Source: Mobula hypostoma (taxonomy: Eukaryota). From it: a DNA stretch of 64,000 nucleotides. The DNA is taken from the NCBI RefSeq assembly GCF_963921235.1, contig NC_086097.1, positions 170,006,001 through 170,070,000 of the forward strand. Direction: 5' to 3'. Below are positions 24,667 through 37,439 of the stretch, in pieces. Each line of letters starts with the position of its first letter. Positions within the stretch are counted from its first letter, which is position 1. The notes under the pieces were generated by a model. It was not told where the DNA came from and did no database searches. It was given only the letters and a program-made list of their open reading frames with translations. Both the position numbers and the translations under genes were made by a program.

Positions 24667-25071
24667 TGTCTTGATGACATGCAAACAAAGCTTTTCATTA
24701 TATTTTGGTATAGATGACAATAAAAACTAAAAAACAATTACCAGTTACCATTTACTACAACCTTAGATACTTTTTTAAATGCTCTGGGAATAGCATCATA
24801 GTTGATGATTTTTCAATACCTAATGAAATTTCTTATTAAATCACCATCCATGACCTGCCCAGAGACAATACTCAATAACTCAGCCATTCTCTGAGTGCAG
24901 GACGTTCACTTCATAACCATCCAAATTGGTTTCTGATAATTAAATCTATGACCTCTAGTTATGTCCTCCCACAACAGAATGAGTTGCTTCTCTCTCTCCA
25001 ATAAAATCTAACATACTATTAACTTTTCCCAACTATCCTCATAACCAAAGTTCCTGATTCCTGATTATTCA

Positions 25072-25785
25072 AAGATTCAAAGATTCAAAGGTTCAAAAGA
25101 TTCAAAAAAACTTTATTGTCATTCTAACTGTACATCAGGTCTGCAGGGCAGAATGAGACAGCGTTTCTCAGGAGCAGTGCAATCATAACATAACAAACGC
25201 AACACTAAATAATAAACATAACAATAAATAGTAAAACACAACAGCCACATGTCAGTTAAAATCAAGTTATAAGTGTCCAGTGCAAGTTAAAAGTGTCCAA
25301 AGCAGAGTCAGGTAGAGCAGCTATTTAGCAGTCTGACTGCCTGTGGGAGGAAGCTGTTTAGTAGCCTTGTGGTTTTAGTTTTGATGCTCCTGTAACGTTT
25401 GCCTGATGACAGAAGAACAAACAGTTCATGGAGAGGGTGTGAGGGGTCTTTAATGATGTACCATGTCTTCTGGAGGCGTCGACTCTGAAAGAGGTCTTGG
25501 ACAGAAGGTAGGGAGACCCCAATGACCTTCTCTGCTCCCCTAACCACCCTCTGCAAGACTTTTTTGTCGACAGCACTGCAGCTGGAGTACCAAGTTGTGA
25601 TGCAAAAGGTCAGCACACTCTCAACCACGCCTCTGTAGAATGTAGTTAAGATGTTAGTGGGGAGTGATGCTTGTTTAAGCTTCCTCAGAAAGTGCAATCT
25701 CTGCTGGGCCCATTTCACAATCCCAGTGGCGTTCCTGGATCAAGTGAGATTGTCCGAGATCTGCACCCCAAGGAACTTGATGTTA
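25072..25785 (-). mobile_element. Rex1/Babar 3' fragment, well preserved
   Basis: ORF 25308-25718 AQQRLHFLRKLK..FYRGVVESVLTFCITTWY..SFLPQAVRLLNS; (TTTGAATC)n-like tail at 25072-25105. Confidence 0.9.
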
Positions 25786-26459
25786 TCCTGGATAATCCTC
25801 TCCTCCCCATTTCTAAAGTCTCGGAGTTATTTTGGATTTGAGAATTGTCCATCTTAAGGCTAACTAGAGGAGGCTGAGGAAGGGTTTCATTTTAGGTATA
25901 AAATTATGAAGGGCCTAGTAGCATAGATTTGAAGTAATTGGTTAAAAGATTAGAAAGAAGAGGAGGAAGGGTTCTTTAGAATTGCAGGAGTTGCAGGAGA
26001 CCAGTGTAACTCTCTCACTGTTGAACTATCTATTGAAATTTAGGACCAATCTCCAGGACAGCTCTATATTCACTGTAGCAAGGTGCAGAAAGCAGATACT
26101 GTAGCTTTCAAGTGAGAGATAAGAGATTTAAAGAGGATCTGAGGGAAATGTTCTTTATTTACACAGAAAGTAGTTGGTATCTGGAATGTGCTGGAATCAG
26201 ATAAAATTACTAAAGGGGTACATAAGTACGTAATGTATAGATGGGCAATCTTAAGGCGAGCAACTGCGATAAGTGTAGATGGGAAAAATGATAGGAGAGA
26301 TGTGATGGGTTGAAGGGCCTGTTTCTCTGCTGTACAACTCTACGACTCAATGAGACATTTAGCGGAACTGCCAACCTTTTCACACTTAATGAAGTAAATA
26401 AACACTAGAATTCAAAAAAAAGTATCTAGTTGTGTAGTGGGTTTATTATTTTCTATTAT

Positions 26460-26720
26460 TTAGAGATACAGTGTGGAACAGGCCCTTCCAGCTCAATGAG
26501 TCGCGTCACCCAGCAACCCACCAGTTAACTCCAGCCTAATCACAGGACAATTTACAAGGACCAGTTAATTGTTACATCTTTGGACTGTGGGAGAAACCAG
26601 AGCACCTGGAGGAAACCCATGTGATCACGGGGAGAAGGTACAGACTGTGCTGGAATTGAACTCTGTATGCTCAGAGCTGTAATAGCATTGCACTTGCTGG
26701 TACAACAGAGTGGCACCCCC
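26460..26720 (-). mobile_element. V-SINE-like element
   Basis: TCTTTGGACTGTGGGAGAAACCAGAGCACCTGGAGGAAACCCA is the reverse complement of the V-domain core. Confidence 0.7.
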
Positions 26721-26879
26721 AGTTGTATTTGAAAGATCCAGGAATGGGAGATTGACTGATGATGTGGGTGTAAGGGCAGGACAATTGGAGGAAAGTGGTT
26801 ATGCAATGACAGCTTACAAGAACATATTTAAACATACTTCAGATTTAGCAAAATTGAAAGAGATTCGGGTTACCAAGTG

Positions 26880-27500
26880 TAAATATCAACAACGATTTGT
26901 GCTGGTCCAACATGTGGATACTAAGGCATTAAGCACACCAGTCCGTCTACTTGCTCAGAAAGCTAAGGACATCTGACATACCCCCGTCACCAGTTTTTAT
27001 AGAAAGCATCAGACCCTGCTATGGTAACTGCTCCGTCCAAGAGCACAAGAAATTTCAGAGAGTTGTGAACACAGCCCAGACCATTATGCACATCAGCTTC
27101 CCCTTCATTAACACTATCCACTCTTCCCCCTGCATCGAGAAAATAGCCAACTTAACCCTGGACAATCCCACCCCCGCCCCCAGCCACTCTCTCATCTCCC
27201 CACTCACATTGGGGAAAAGATATCAAAACTTGAAAACACACTACCAAACTGAGGGACAACTTCTATCTTGCTATTATCAGATTCTTTTATGATAAAAACA
27301 AGCTCTTACCTCCCAATTTATCCCATCATGGCCTTGGCACCTTGTTTTTCTGTCTGTAATGCACTTTCTCTGTAACTGCATTTTGTTTTTCCTTTTCATA
27401 CTACCTCCTTATGTACAGAATGATCTGTCCCTATAGCATACAAGTAAAAGTTTTTCACTCTGTCTTGGCACAGGTGATAATAACAAATTAACTACCAGTT
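26880..27500 (+). mobile_element. Rex1/Babar 3' fragment
   Basis: CYGNCSVQEHKKFQRVVNTAQTI and LGKRYQNLK peptides; 3' UTR like 23490-24745. Confidence 0.75.
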
Positions 27501-27671
27501 AACAATGAAGCCATCTCTAGGTGAGATCCTGAGACTGAAGTCAAGTCTACTTTCTCATCCGGATGGGAGATACTGGACACCTTCCTTGTGACCCTGGGGG
27601 TCAGGAAAAAGTGAAGGCTGGCTTTTTGATTGAGGTATCAACATTTGGATGAAATGACACGTACTAAGAGA

Positions 27672-28806
27672 AACACCTTACACATCTGGAGAAGAGGGAT
27701 GCTTATGTGAGAATGCTGTTCTTGGACTACAGTTCAGCATTCAAAACCATAATTCCCTCTAGGCTCGACAAGAAGCTCAGAGACCTCAGCCTTCACCTTG
27801 CCTTGTGCAGCTGGATCCTGGACTTCCTGTCAGATCGCTGGCAGGTGGTGAGAGTGGGCTCCCTCACTTCTGCACCTCTGACCTTCAACACAGGTGCTCC
27901 TCAGGGCTGTGTACTAAGCCTCCTCCTCTACTCTCTGTATACCCATGACTCTGTCACCACCCACAGCTCCAATCTGCTAATTAAATTCGCTGATGACACT
28001 ACACTGATTGGCCTAATCTCAAATTATAATGAGGGAGCCTACAGAGAGGAAGTCATCATCCTGACACAGTGGTATCAAGAAAACAACCTCTTCTTCAACG
28101 TCATAAAAACAAAGGAGCTGGTTGTTGATTGCAGGAGGAATGGAGATAGGTTAACCCCTATAAACATCAACGTACCTGGGGTTGAGAGGGTGAACAGTTT
28201 TAAGTTCCTCGGCCTACATATCACCGAGGACCTCACGTGGTCTGTACATAGAACAGTGTCTCTTTCACCTCAGACTGTTGAGGAAGTTCAGTGTGGGCCC
28301 CCAAATCCCCCCAAGAACTTTCTACAGGGGCACAATTGAGAGCATCCTGACTGGCTGCATCACTGCCTGGTACGGGAACTGTACTTCCCTCAATCGCAGG
28401 ACTCTGCAGAGAGTGGTGCGAACAGCCCAGCGCATCTGTAGATGTGAACTTCCCACTATGCAGGACATTTATAAAGACAGGTGTGTAAAAGGGGCCTGAA
28501 GGATCATTGGGGACCCGAGTCACCCCAACTATAAACTGTTCCAGCTGCTACCATCCGGGAAACGGTACCGCAGCATAAAAGCCAGGACCAACAGGCTCCG
28601 GGACAGCTTCTTCCACCAAGTCATCAGACTGATTAATTCATGCTGATACTGCTGTATTTCTATGTTATATTGGCTATCCTGTTGTACATAATATTTATTA
28701 TAAATTACTCTAATCGCACATTGCACATTTGAATGGAGATGTAACGTAAAGATATTTACTCCTCATGTATATGAAGGATGTAAGTAATAAGGTCAATTCA
28801 ATTCAA
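27672..28806 (+). mobile_element. Rex1/Babar LINE RT-to-3' end
   Basis: ORF 27707-28339: MLFLDYSSAF, NTGAPQGCVLS, LIKFADDTTLIGLI, FKFLGLHITEDLTW; (CAATT)n tail. Confidence 0.92.
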
Positions 28807-29009
28807 CATCAGCTTCTGCTAGAAGACATACTGTCAGAAACTTGCTGGTCTTCCATTTTAAGGAGATACCTGCAAATTAATGCTGTCAACTTGCACATTC
28901 CGAGGTGCAGGAATACACATTGAAGGACCTGTGGAGCTCAGTGCAGCCAATGCAAAGGCTTTGTGGTAAACAACACCATCCGGGCCCTGTTGCCTTTAGA
29001 TGTTGGCAG

Positions 29010-29890
29010 AGCTGGGACAATTTCTCCCTGAAACTGGCTGCACAGGTTGATAAGGTAAAGAAGGCATATGGCATGCTTGCCTTTATTCATCAAGTCATTA
29101 ATTTCAAGGGTCAGGGAGTTAAATTGCAGCTTTATAAAACTTTGGTTAGGCTGATTCTAGAATATTATACTGCAAGAACTAGAACAGAATTAGGCCGTTG
29201 GCCCATTGAGTATGAGCCACCATTTGGCTGATTTGTTTTCCCTTCCACCCAATTCTCCTGTCTTCCCCTTGTAACTTTTGGTGCTCCTACTGAACAAGAG
29301 CCTATAAACATTCACTAAGTATACCCTATGATTTGATCTCCATAGCTGTCTGTGACAATAAATTCCACAGATTTGCCATCGTCTGGCTAAAGAAATTCCT
29401 TGTAATCTCTGTTCCAAAGGTGGGTCCTTCTATTTTGAGACTGTGCCCTCTGGTCCTATGCTCTTCCACTATTGGAAACATGCACTCCATGTCCAGTCTA
29501 TCCAGGCCTTTTAATATTTGATAGATTTCAATGAGATCCCCACACATTCTTCTCAACTCCAGTAGCACAGGAACAAAACCATTAAATGTGCCACATATGA
29601 TAACCCTTTCATTCCTAGGATCATTCTTGTAAATCTCCTCTGGAATTTTTTCAAGACTGGCACATTTTTCTTAGTTAAGGGGCCCAAGCTTCTCACAATA
29701 CTTCAAATGCAACCTGTCCAATGCCTTATAAAGCCTCATAAATACATTTTTGCTTTTATATTTCAGTCCTCTTGAAATGAATGGTAACATTGCATTTGTC
29801 TTCCTTACTATTGACTCAACCTCCAAGTTAGCCTTTAAGAAATCCTGCAGTAGGTCCCTTTGCACCTCCAATTTCAGAATTTACTCCCCA
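29010..29890 (-). mobile_element. CR1 fragments (short + piece 29010-29170, then - strand 3' end 29175-29890)
   Basis: KKAYGMLAFI (+); GDLIEIYQILKGLDR and NFFSQTMANLWNLL (-). Confidence 0.8.
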
Positions 29891-29894
29891 TTTA

Positions 29895-31097
29895 AAGTTC
29901 AAAGTAACTTTATTATCAAAGTACATATATGTCACCTGAGATTCATTTCCTTGGGGCATACTCAATAAATCCAATAATCATAATAGAATCAATGAAAGGC
30001 TGCACCAACAGGGTGGACAACCAGTACGCTAAAGCCAACAAACTGCACATACAAAAAGAAAAAAGAGAAATAATAAAATAATAAGTTTCAGAGTCAGGGT
30101 CCAACAAATTATATTACCACTGATTCATTATTACAGATAGGACAATCCTTAATAACCATCCAGATATAATATTACAGGATAAACAAGCAAGAACAACTTA
30201 CTTATGGCCATTCTAAGCACATGTAACCTACAGAAATCAATAGGTGAAAACACCAGAAATATGCTGAATTAAAAGAGGAAATTGAAAGACTATGGAACAT
30301 AAACAGGGTATACATTGTCCCAATAGTATCTCGCAGTCACTATGCAATAGCACTAAATAATTAGGCCTACACAGCAATATTTATGTAAAGCCACAACACC
30401 AAACACCACTAGAATAGTCCGAAAGCTCCTAGTAATAGAGAAATGAGTGTGCTTGTCTATGCCCACACCTCAGGTTTTACCAGCTTGAGCTGAGAAAAAA
30501 TAAAACTAATAATAACTAAATAAGCAACAAATATAGAAAAATTATTGTGAAATTGACTGAAGTTATACCCTCCGGTTTAGGAGACTGATAGTTGAGGGTG
30601 AATAACTATTCCTGAACCTGGTGGTGTGAGTCCTGAGGCTCCTGCACCCTGTTCATGATGGCAGCAGTCAGGAGAGAGCATGATCTGGGTGGTGGGGGTC
30701 CTTGATGATGGAACACGCATTCCTTCAACAATGTTCTGTGTAGATGTGCTTTATTGTGGGGAGGACTTTACCCATGATGGACTGGGTTATATCCACTACT
30801 TTTTGAAGGATTTCTGTTCAAGAGCATTGATGTTTCCATACCAGGCTTTGATGCAACCAGTCAGTATAATCTTCCACCACACATTTATAGAATTTGTTGA
30901 AGTTTTAGTTGTCATGCTGAATCTTTGCAAACTCCTAAGGAGGTAGGGGAATTGCCCTGCTTTCTTCATTATTGCACTTATGTGCTGGGCCCAGGACAGG
31001 TCCTTTGAGATGACAACACCGAGGAATTTAAAGTTGCTGACCCTCTCCAGCTCTGTCTCATGGACCTCCAGGTTCCTCCTCCTGAAGTCAATCATTA
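29895..31097 (-). mobile_element. Rex1/Babar 3' portion, split by the Dong/R4 insertion
   Basis: ORF 30796-31095 LERVSNFKFLGVVISKDLSWAQHI; tail at ~29895-30085. Confidence 0.8.
30086..30515 (+). mobile_element. R4-clade (Dong/Rex6-like) non-LTR retrotransposon 3' end with restriction-like endonuclease
   Basis: My translation gives FIITDRTILNNHPDIILQDKQARTTYL (from 30124) and HQKYAELKEEIERLWNINRVYIVPIV, matching the PD..D..KY REL motif. Flanked by TAA repeats on both sides. Confidence 0.75.
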
Positions 31098-31521
31098 GTT
31101 CATTTTAGCCTTGGAATGGGTTGAAGAAATACGCCCTGATTATGTACTTCTGCACTCCGATTCGCTCTCAGTCTTGCCATCTATTAAAACAGGTACATCA
31201 AATTGTAAACCAGGCATTATTCTTAAGGTTGGATGACCTGTGTTGAGGCTGCAGGGTCTAGGCCTGTGTATGTTTCCTGTCCATGTTGGGGCTGAAGGAA
31301 ACAAAATGACAGACATTCTTGCCAAGCAATTTAAAAAAAAGTTAAGGATGTAATGTGGTGCCTTTGCATAAAGGGGAGATGAAAACCATAATTAAAATGT
31401 CTATTTAATCACTGTGGCAACCATGTTGGAATAAGGAAAAGGAAGTACGGCACTTATATAAAATTCAGAGGATGGTGGGAACTTAACCGGCAGATGGGTT
31501 GAAAAGGAGGGAAGATGTTAT

Positions 31522-31814
31522 ACTTCTCTCTTTTAAACCCATCTGCCAGATCCTCTCATATCCGTTTTGCCAATTACCTGTCCAGCTCTTGGCTCCATCC
31601 CTCCCCCTCCTGTCTTCTCCTATCATTTTGCATCTCCCCCTCCCCCTCCCACTTTCAAATCCCTTACTCACTCTTCCTTCAATTAGTCCTGACGAAGGGT
31701 CTCGGCCTGAAACGTCGACTGTACCTCTTCCTAGAGATGCTGCCTGGCCTGCTGCGTTCACCAGCAACTTTGATGTGTGTTGCTTGAATTTCCAGCATCT
31801 GCAGAATTCCTCGT
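31522..31814 (+). mobile_element. Short Penelope pseudo-LTR fragment inserted in the Nimb element
   Basis: Similar to 3060-3308 and flanked by an 11-bp duplication GAAGATGTTAT (31511-31521, 31815-31825). Confidence 0.85.
31684..31721 (+). ncRNA. Minimal type I hammerhead ribozyme
   Basis: AGTC-CTGACGA-AGGGTCTCGGCCT-GAAACGTC-GACT (31685-31720), identical to 3207-3242. Confidence 0.75.
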
Positions 31815-32194
31815 GAAGATGTTATGCTTACATGTTTACATATTGGACATACTAGGGTGAGTAATTCTCTGTTCAGAATTAATATGCATGAAACTGGCAT
31901 CTGCAGGGAGTGCACTTATTAGGAAACAATGCAGCACATATTGTTTGAATGCAGTTCTATCAGGTGTAAAGGAAACATCTCATTGCTAAATTAAGATCTT
32001 TGAGTCAGATAGAGCTTAACATGGAGAGTTTATTAGGATAACACTACTACCTCATTTGAGTTTTTTTTGTGTGAGGGAATTTAGCAGGTATACTTCCTAC
32101 CTCTTTGCTCCACACTCCAATGCACATTATGTTTGTTTGCCAACCGCCATTAAATGTTACAAAAAGAACAAGAAGAATCAGCTGCTTGGATTAG

Positions 32195-35100
32195 CTGACA
32201 ATAAGGGACTGTTGTGGCACCACAGCCAGATTTTCAATCCCACTCTGTTATGTATTTTCTCCTCTGCCTTTGATTTGGCCTATGACAGTGGTATCATCAA
32301 CACACTCAAATATGGGACTGGAGCTATGTTTAGCCACATAGTCATAAGTGTGAAGTGAGTGGAGCAGGGGGCTAAGCACATAGCCTTGTGGTGCACCTGT
32401 GCTGATGGAGATCATGGAGGAAATGTTGTCGCCAAACTGAACTGACTGGGGTCAGTTAATATTCCAGCTTAATATTCCAGGGTTCCGATGTTTCAGATGT
32501 GATCGAGGCAGAGGAATGAAAGGTGGGAGGGTAGCATTGCTTGTCAGGGAAAATGTTACAGCAGTGCTCAGGCAGGACAGATTAGAGGGCTTGTCTACTG
32601 AGTCCTTATGGGTGGAGCTGAGAAATAAGAAAGGTATGGCCACATTAGTGGGATTGTATTACAGACCACCCAATAGTCAACGAGACTTGGAATAGCAAAT
32701 CTGCAGAGAGATAGCAGGCAACTGCAGGAAACATAAAGTTGTGGTGGTAGGGGATTTTAATTTTCCATATATTGATTGGGACTCCCATACTGTTACGGGT
32801 CTAGATGGTTTAGAGTTTGTAAAATGTGTTCAGGAAAGTTTTCTAAATCAATATATAGAGGGACCAACTAGAGGGGATGCAATATTGGATCTCCTGTTAG
32901 GAAACGAGTTAGGACAAGTAACGGAAGTCTGTGTAGGGGAGCACTTTGGTTCCAGTGATCATAACACCATTAGTTTCAATTTGATCATGGACAAGGATAG
33001 ATCTGGTCCTAGGCTTGAGGTTCTGAACTGGAAGAAGGCCAAATTTGAAGAAATGAGAAAGGATCTAAAAAGTGTGGATTGGGACAGGTTGCTCTCTGGC
33101 AAAGATGTGATCGGTAGGTGGGAAGCCTTCAAAGGAGAAATTTTGAGAGTGCAGAGTTTGTATGTTCCTGTCAGGATTAAAGGCAAAGTGAATAGGAATA
33201 AGGAACCTTGGTTCTCAAGGGATATTGCAACTCTGATAAAGAAGAAGAGGGAGTTGTGTGAAATGTATAGGAAACAGGGAGTAAATCAGGTGCTTGAGGA
33301 GTATAGGAAGTGCAAGAAAATACTTGAGAAAGTAATCAGGAGGGCTAAAAGAAGACATGAGGTTGCCTTGGCAGTCAAAGTGAAGGATAATCCAAAGAGC
33401 TTTTACAGGTATATTAAGAGCAAAAGGATTGTAAGGGATATAATTGGTCCTCTTGAAGATCAGAGTGGTCGGCTATGTGCGGAACCAAAGGAAATGAGGG
33501 AGATCTTAAATAGGTTTTTTGCGTCTGTATTTACTAAGAAAACTGGCATGAAGTCTATGGAATTAAGGGAAACAAGTAGTGAGATCATGGAAACTGTACA
33601 GATTGAAAAAGAGGAGGTGCTTGCTGTCTTGAGGAAAATTAAAGTGGATAAATCCCCGGGACCTGACAGGGTGTTCCCTCGGACCTTGAAGGAGACCAGC
33701 GTTGAAATTGCGGGGGCCCTGGCAGAAATATTTAAAATGTCGCTGTCTATGGGTGAGGTGCCGCAGGATTGGAGAGTGGCTCATGTTGTTCCGTTGTTTA
33801 AAAAAGGATTGAAAAGTAATCCGGGAAATTATAGGCCGGTAAGTTTAACGTCGGTAGTAGGTAAGTTATTGGAGGGAGTACTAAGAGACAGAATCTACAA
33901 GCATTTGGATAGACAGGGACTTATTAGGGAGAGTCAACATGGCTTTGTGTGTGGTAGGTCATGTTTGACCAATCTATTGGAGTTTTTCAAGGAGGTTACC
34001 AGGAAAGTGGATGAAGGGAAGGCAGTGGATATTGTCTACATGGACTTCAGTAAGGCCTTTGACAAGGTCCCGCATGGGAGGTTAGTTAGGAAAATTCAGT
34101 TGCTAGGTATACATGGAGAGGTGGTAAATTGGATTAGACATTGGCTCAATGGAAGAAGCCAAAGAGTGGTGGTAGAGAATTGCTTCTCCGAGTGGAGGCC
34201 TGTGACTAGTGGTGTGCCACAGGGATTAGTGCTGGGTCCATTGTTATTTGTGATCTATATCAATGATCTGGATGATAATGTGGTAAATTGGATCAGCAAA
34301 TTTGCTGATGATACAAAGATTGGAGGTGTAGTAGACAGTGAGGAAGGTTTTCAGAGCCTGCAGAGGGACTTGGACCAGCTGGAAAAATGGGCTGAAAAAT
34401 GGCAGATGGAGTTTAATACAGGCAAGTGTGAGGTATTGCATATTGGAAGGACAAACCAAGGTAGAACATACAGGGTAAATGGTAAGGCACTGAGAAACAG
34501 AGGGATCTGGGAATACAGATACAAAATTCCCTAAAAGTGGCGTCACAGGTAGATAGGGTCATAAAGAGAGCTATTGGTACATTGGCCTTTATTAATCAAA
34601 GTATTGAGTATAAGAGCTGGAATGTTATGATGAGGTTGTATAAGGCATTGGTGAGGCCGAATCTGGAGTATTGTGTTCAGTTTTGGTCACCAAATTACAG
34701 GAAGGATATAAATAAGGTTGAAAGAGTGCAGAAAAGGTTTACAAGGATGTTGCCAGTACTTGAGAAACTCAGTTACAGAGAAAGGTTGAATAGGTTAGGA
34801 CTTTATTCCCTGGAGTGTAGAAGAATGAGGGGAGATTTGATAGAGGTATATAAAATTATGATGGGTATAGATAGAGTGAATGCAAGCAGGCTTTTTCCAC
34901 TGAGGCAAGGGGAGAAAAAAACCAGAGGACATGGGTTAAGGGTGAGGGGGGAAAAGTTGAAAGGGAACATTAGGGAGGGCTTCTTCACACAGAGAGTGGT
35001 GGGAGTATGGAATGAGCTGCCAGATGAGGTGGTAAATGTGGGTTCTTGTTTAACATTTAAGAATAAATTGGACAGATACATGGATGGGAGGTGTATGGAG

Positions 35101-35470
35101 GGATATGGTCCATGTGCAGGTCAGTGGGGCTAGGCAGAAAATGGTTCGGCACAGCCAAGAAGAGCCAAAAGGCCTGTTTCTGTGCTGTAGTTTTCTATGG
35201 TTCTATGGTTCTATGGGGTCTGCAAGTGAGGAAATCTAGGATCCACTTGCACCAGGAGGTACTGAGGCCAAGGTCTTGATGCTTATTGATAAGTTGTGAG
35301 GGTATGATAGTACTAAATGCCGAGCTATAGCCGATGAAGTACATCCTGATGTATACACCTTTGCTGTCCAGATGTTGCAGCGTTGAATGAGAAGCCAATG
35401 AAATGGCAGGAGCTGATACGTTTCATCACCAACCTCTCAAAATACTTTATCACAGTGAATGTAAGTGCTA
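32195..35470 (-). mobile_element. Rex1/Babar fragment split by the CR1 insertion (32195-32453 and 35214-35470)
   Basis: ORF 35195-35398 [32 protein letters not shown] continues on the left flank. Confidence 0.75.
32454..35213 (+). mobile_element. Young 5'-truncated CR1 LINE (ORF2 EN-RT-3' end)
   Basis: 597-aa ORF 32741-34534 (GDFNFP, SDHN, YMDFSKAFDKVPH, GVPQG, KFADDTK) and 198-aa ORF 34537-35133 after a small deletion. Stop at ~32693, (TTCTATGG)n tail and TGGGGTC duplication (32447-32453, 35214-35220). Confidence 0.95.
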
Positions 35471-35549
35471 CTAGACAATAGAAAAAATAGTCTTTGGCTT
35501 TAATCCGTCTTCCAAAGTGCATGACTATGCACTTCCCTACATTATAATA

Positions 35550-37050
35550 GGAATTACAGGAAGAATGTGAAGACGGTAGAAGAGGTTTACTAGGATGTTC
35601 TGATAGGAGAGATTGGCCAAACTTGGGTTGTTTTCTCTGGAGCAGCAGAATCTGAGGGGAGATCTGATAGAGGTTTATAAGATTATGAGAAGTATAGTTA
35701 AAATAGACCACCAGTATCTTTTTATCCCCAGAGTTGGTGCATCTAATACTAGAGGGCACACATTTAAGCTGAGGGGGGTAAATTCAATTCCGATGTGCAG
35801 GGCAGTTTTTTTTTCACAGAGAGCTGTGGGTTCTTGGATTATGCAGTCTGGGGTGGTAGTAGCGGTAAATATGATAGAGGCGTTTAGGAAGCTCTTAGAC
35901 AGGCACATGAATGTGCAGAGAATGGAAGTATATGGACAGTGTGTAGGAAGAAAGGATTTGTATAGTTAGGTGTTTCATTATTAATTTAATTAGTTTGGCA
36001 AAACATTGTGGGCTGAAGGGCCTGTTCCTTTTCTCTATTGTTCTAAATGACACTGAGGCCCTCAAGTGCATTTTTTAAGGAGGGAACATGGATGATGTTG
36101 TACATTGTAAGAAAATGTACTGAACTGTTACAATTGTATATATTATGAATAAAGTAAGTTTATGAAATTAAAAGATATGTTATAAGTGATGCCCCATCAG
36201 GTGGAAGTAAGTGAATCCATAGCAGCTTTTGCAAAAGTGCATCAGAATTTGCCACAGTGCTTTGGATTATATCATCACTAAAATCTAGTTTAAAGCCATA
36301 AGTAATTGAAACTTTATTATCAGTGTACCATCGAAGAAAGGAATATTGAGGGTATTTCATATTCAGATTAGAGTGTATCTAAGATGCATTGGCTAGTTCT
36401 GTGCACCAGCCACCAGTAAGGCTGTATTACAGATTCACCAGAATTAAATAGAAATGGTTAATGACAAGGACAGGTAGATTAGAATGGGTTTAAGTTTCCT
36501 CCAATTGGTTGGTCAATGAGGGGCATTTGGAAGAAGTGTTTACTGTATGATTAGAGCTAGCCCATACACTTCATCACAGAATGGTAGTAGCAATCTGAAC
36601 AGTTCTGGGTACAATTTTGTTTACCCTAAGATGTATTAAGGTGGAAAGGATGCCAAGATGACTCACAAGGATGCTGCCAGGACTCGAGGGCTTGAATTAT
36701 TGAGAGAGGTTGGAGATGCTGGGACTTTATTCATGAGGAACATAGATAAAGTGAATGTACTCAGTCTTTACCCCAGGGAAAAAGAACGTGAGGGCATACA
36801 GTATGTTTAAAGTGAGAGAGGAAAAATTTAAAAGGAATCTAAGGGGTAATGCCTCTCTGGAATGAGCTGCCAGAGCAAACGGTTGAGGCAGGTACAATAA
36901 CACCATTTAAAAGATTTGGATAAGAATATGGATAGGAAAAGCTTAGAGGGATATAGGCCAGACATGGATAAAGCATGGACTAGCTTAGGTGGACATTTTG
37001 ATCGGCATGGATGAGTTGTGTCAAAGGACTATTTTTGTGCTATGTTTCTC
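35550..37050 (+). mobile_element. Two degraded CR1 3' ends (35550-36045 and 36590-37050)
   Basis: LGLFSLEQQNLRGDLIEVYKIM and GGGCTGAAGGGCCTGTTCC tail; the second copy has the same 3' motifs. Confidence 0.7.
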
Positions 37051-37439
37051 TAAGTTTCTACAAAACTCTCTCCCTTATAACATTGGGGACTGTGGATATT
37101 ACAACAACATTGATGTGTTGTTCTTCGACATGAGTAATTGAATGTCAGAGCAGGGTTAAGGAGCTGGGAAATATGTTCAACTTCTCTGTATCTCAAATTC
37201 ATAGAAAGACCCTGGTACATGACACTGAATACAAAGCTAGAAACAGGAGACTGAGCAAACTTTCTGAAGTTCCCTGTTTCACCACCACACTGCAGTATTG
37301 TGACAAGCAAGAATTTGTCACTGATAACTTTTGAGTAGACAGGCACAGCTTAGTCAGAGAGAGACACCATAAGAGTCATACTCTCATTTTGTTTCATGGC
37401 TGCCTCTCAGCTGTGGGAGATCACCTAGTGTATTTTAAA

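Larger units (their letters stand above)
31100..32177 (+). mobile_element. I-group (Nimb-like) LINE 3' portion with RNase H and CCHC knuckle
   Basis: My translation gives LALEWVEEIRPDYVLLHSDSLSVL and PVHVGAEGNKMTDILAKQ (RNase H), and LHIGHTR..GICREC..QHILFEC (knuckle). 3' end GCTCCACACTCC..GCCAACCGCCATTAAA with a GAA-rich tail. Confidence 0.75.

Noticed and set aside
32741..34534. 597-aa RT ORF as a novel RT system (retron, DGR or defence RT) or a host gene
   Set aside because: It is plain CR1 ORF2 with an APE endonuclease, 8-mer tail, target duplication and many paralogous fragments in the window; the context is eukaryotic.
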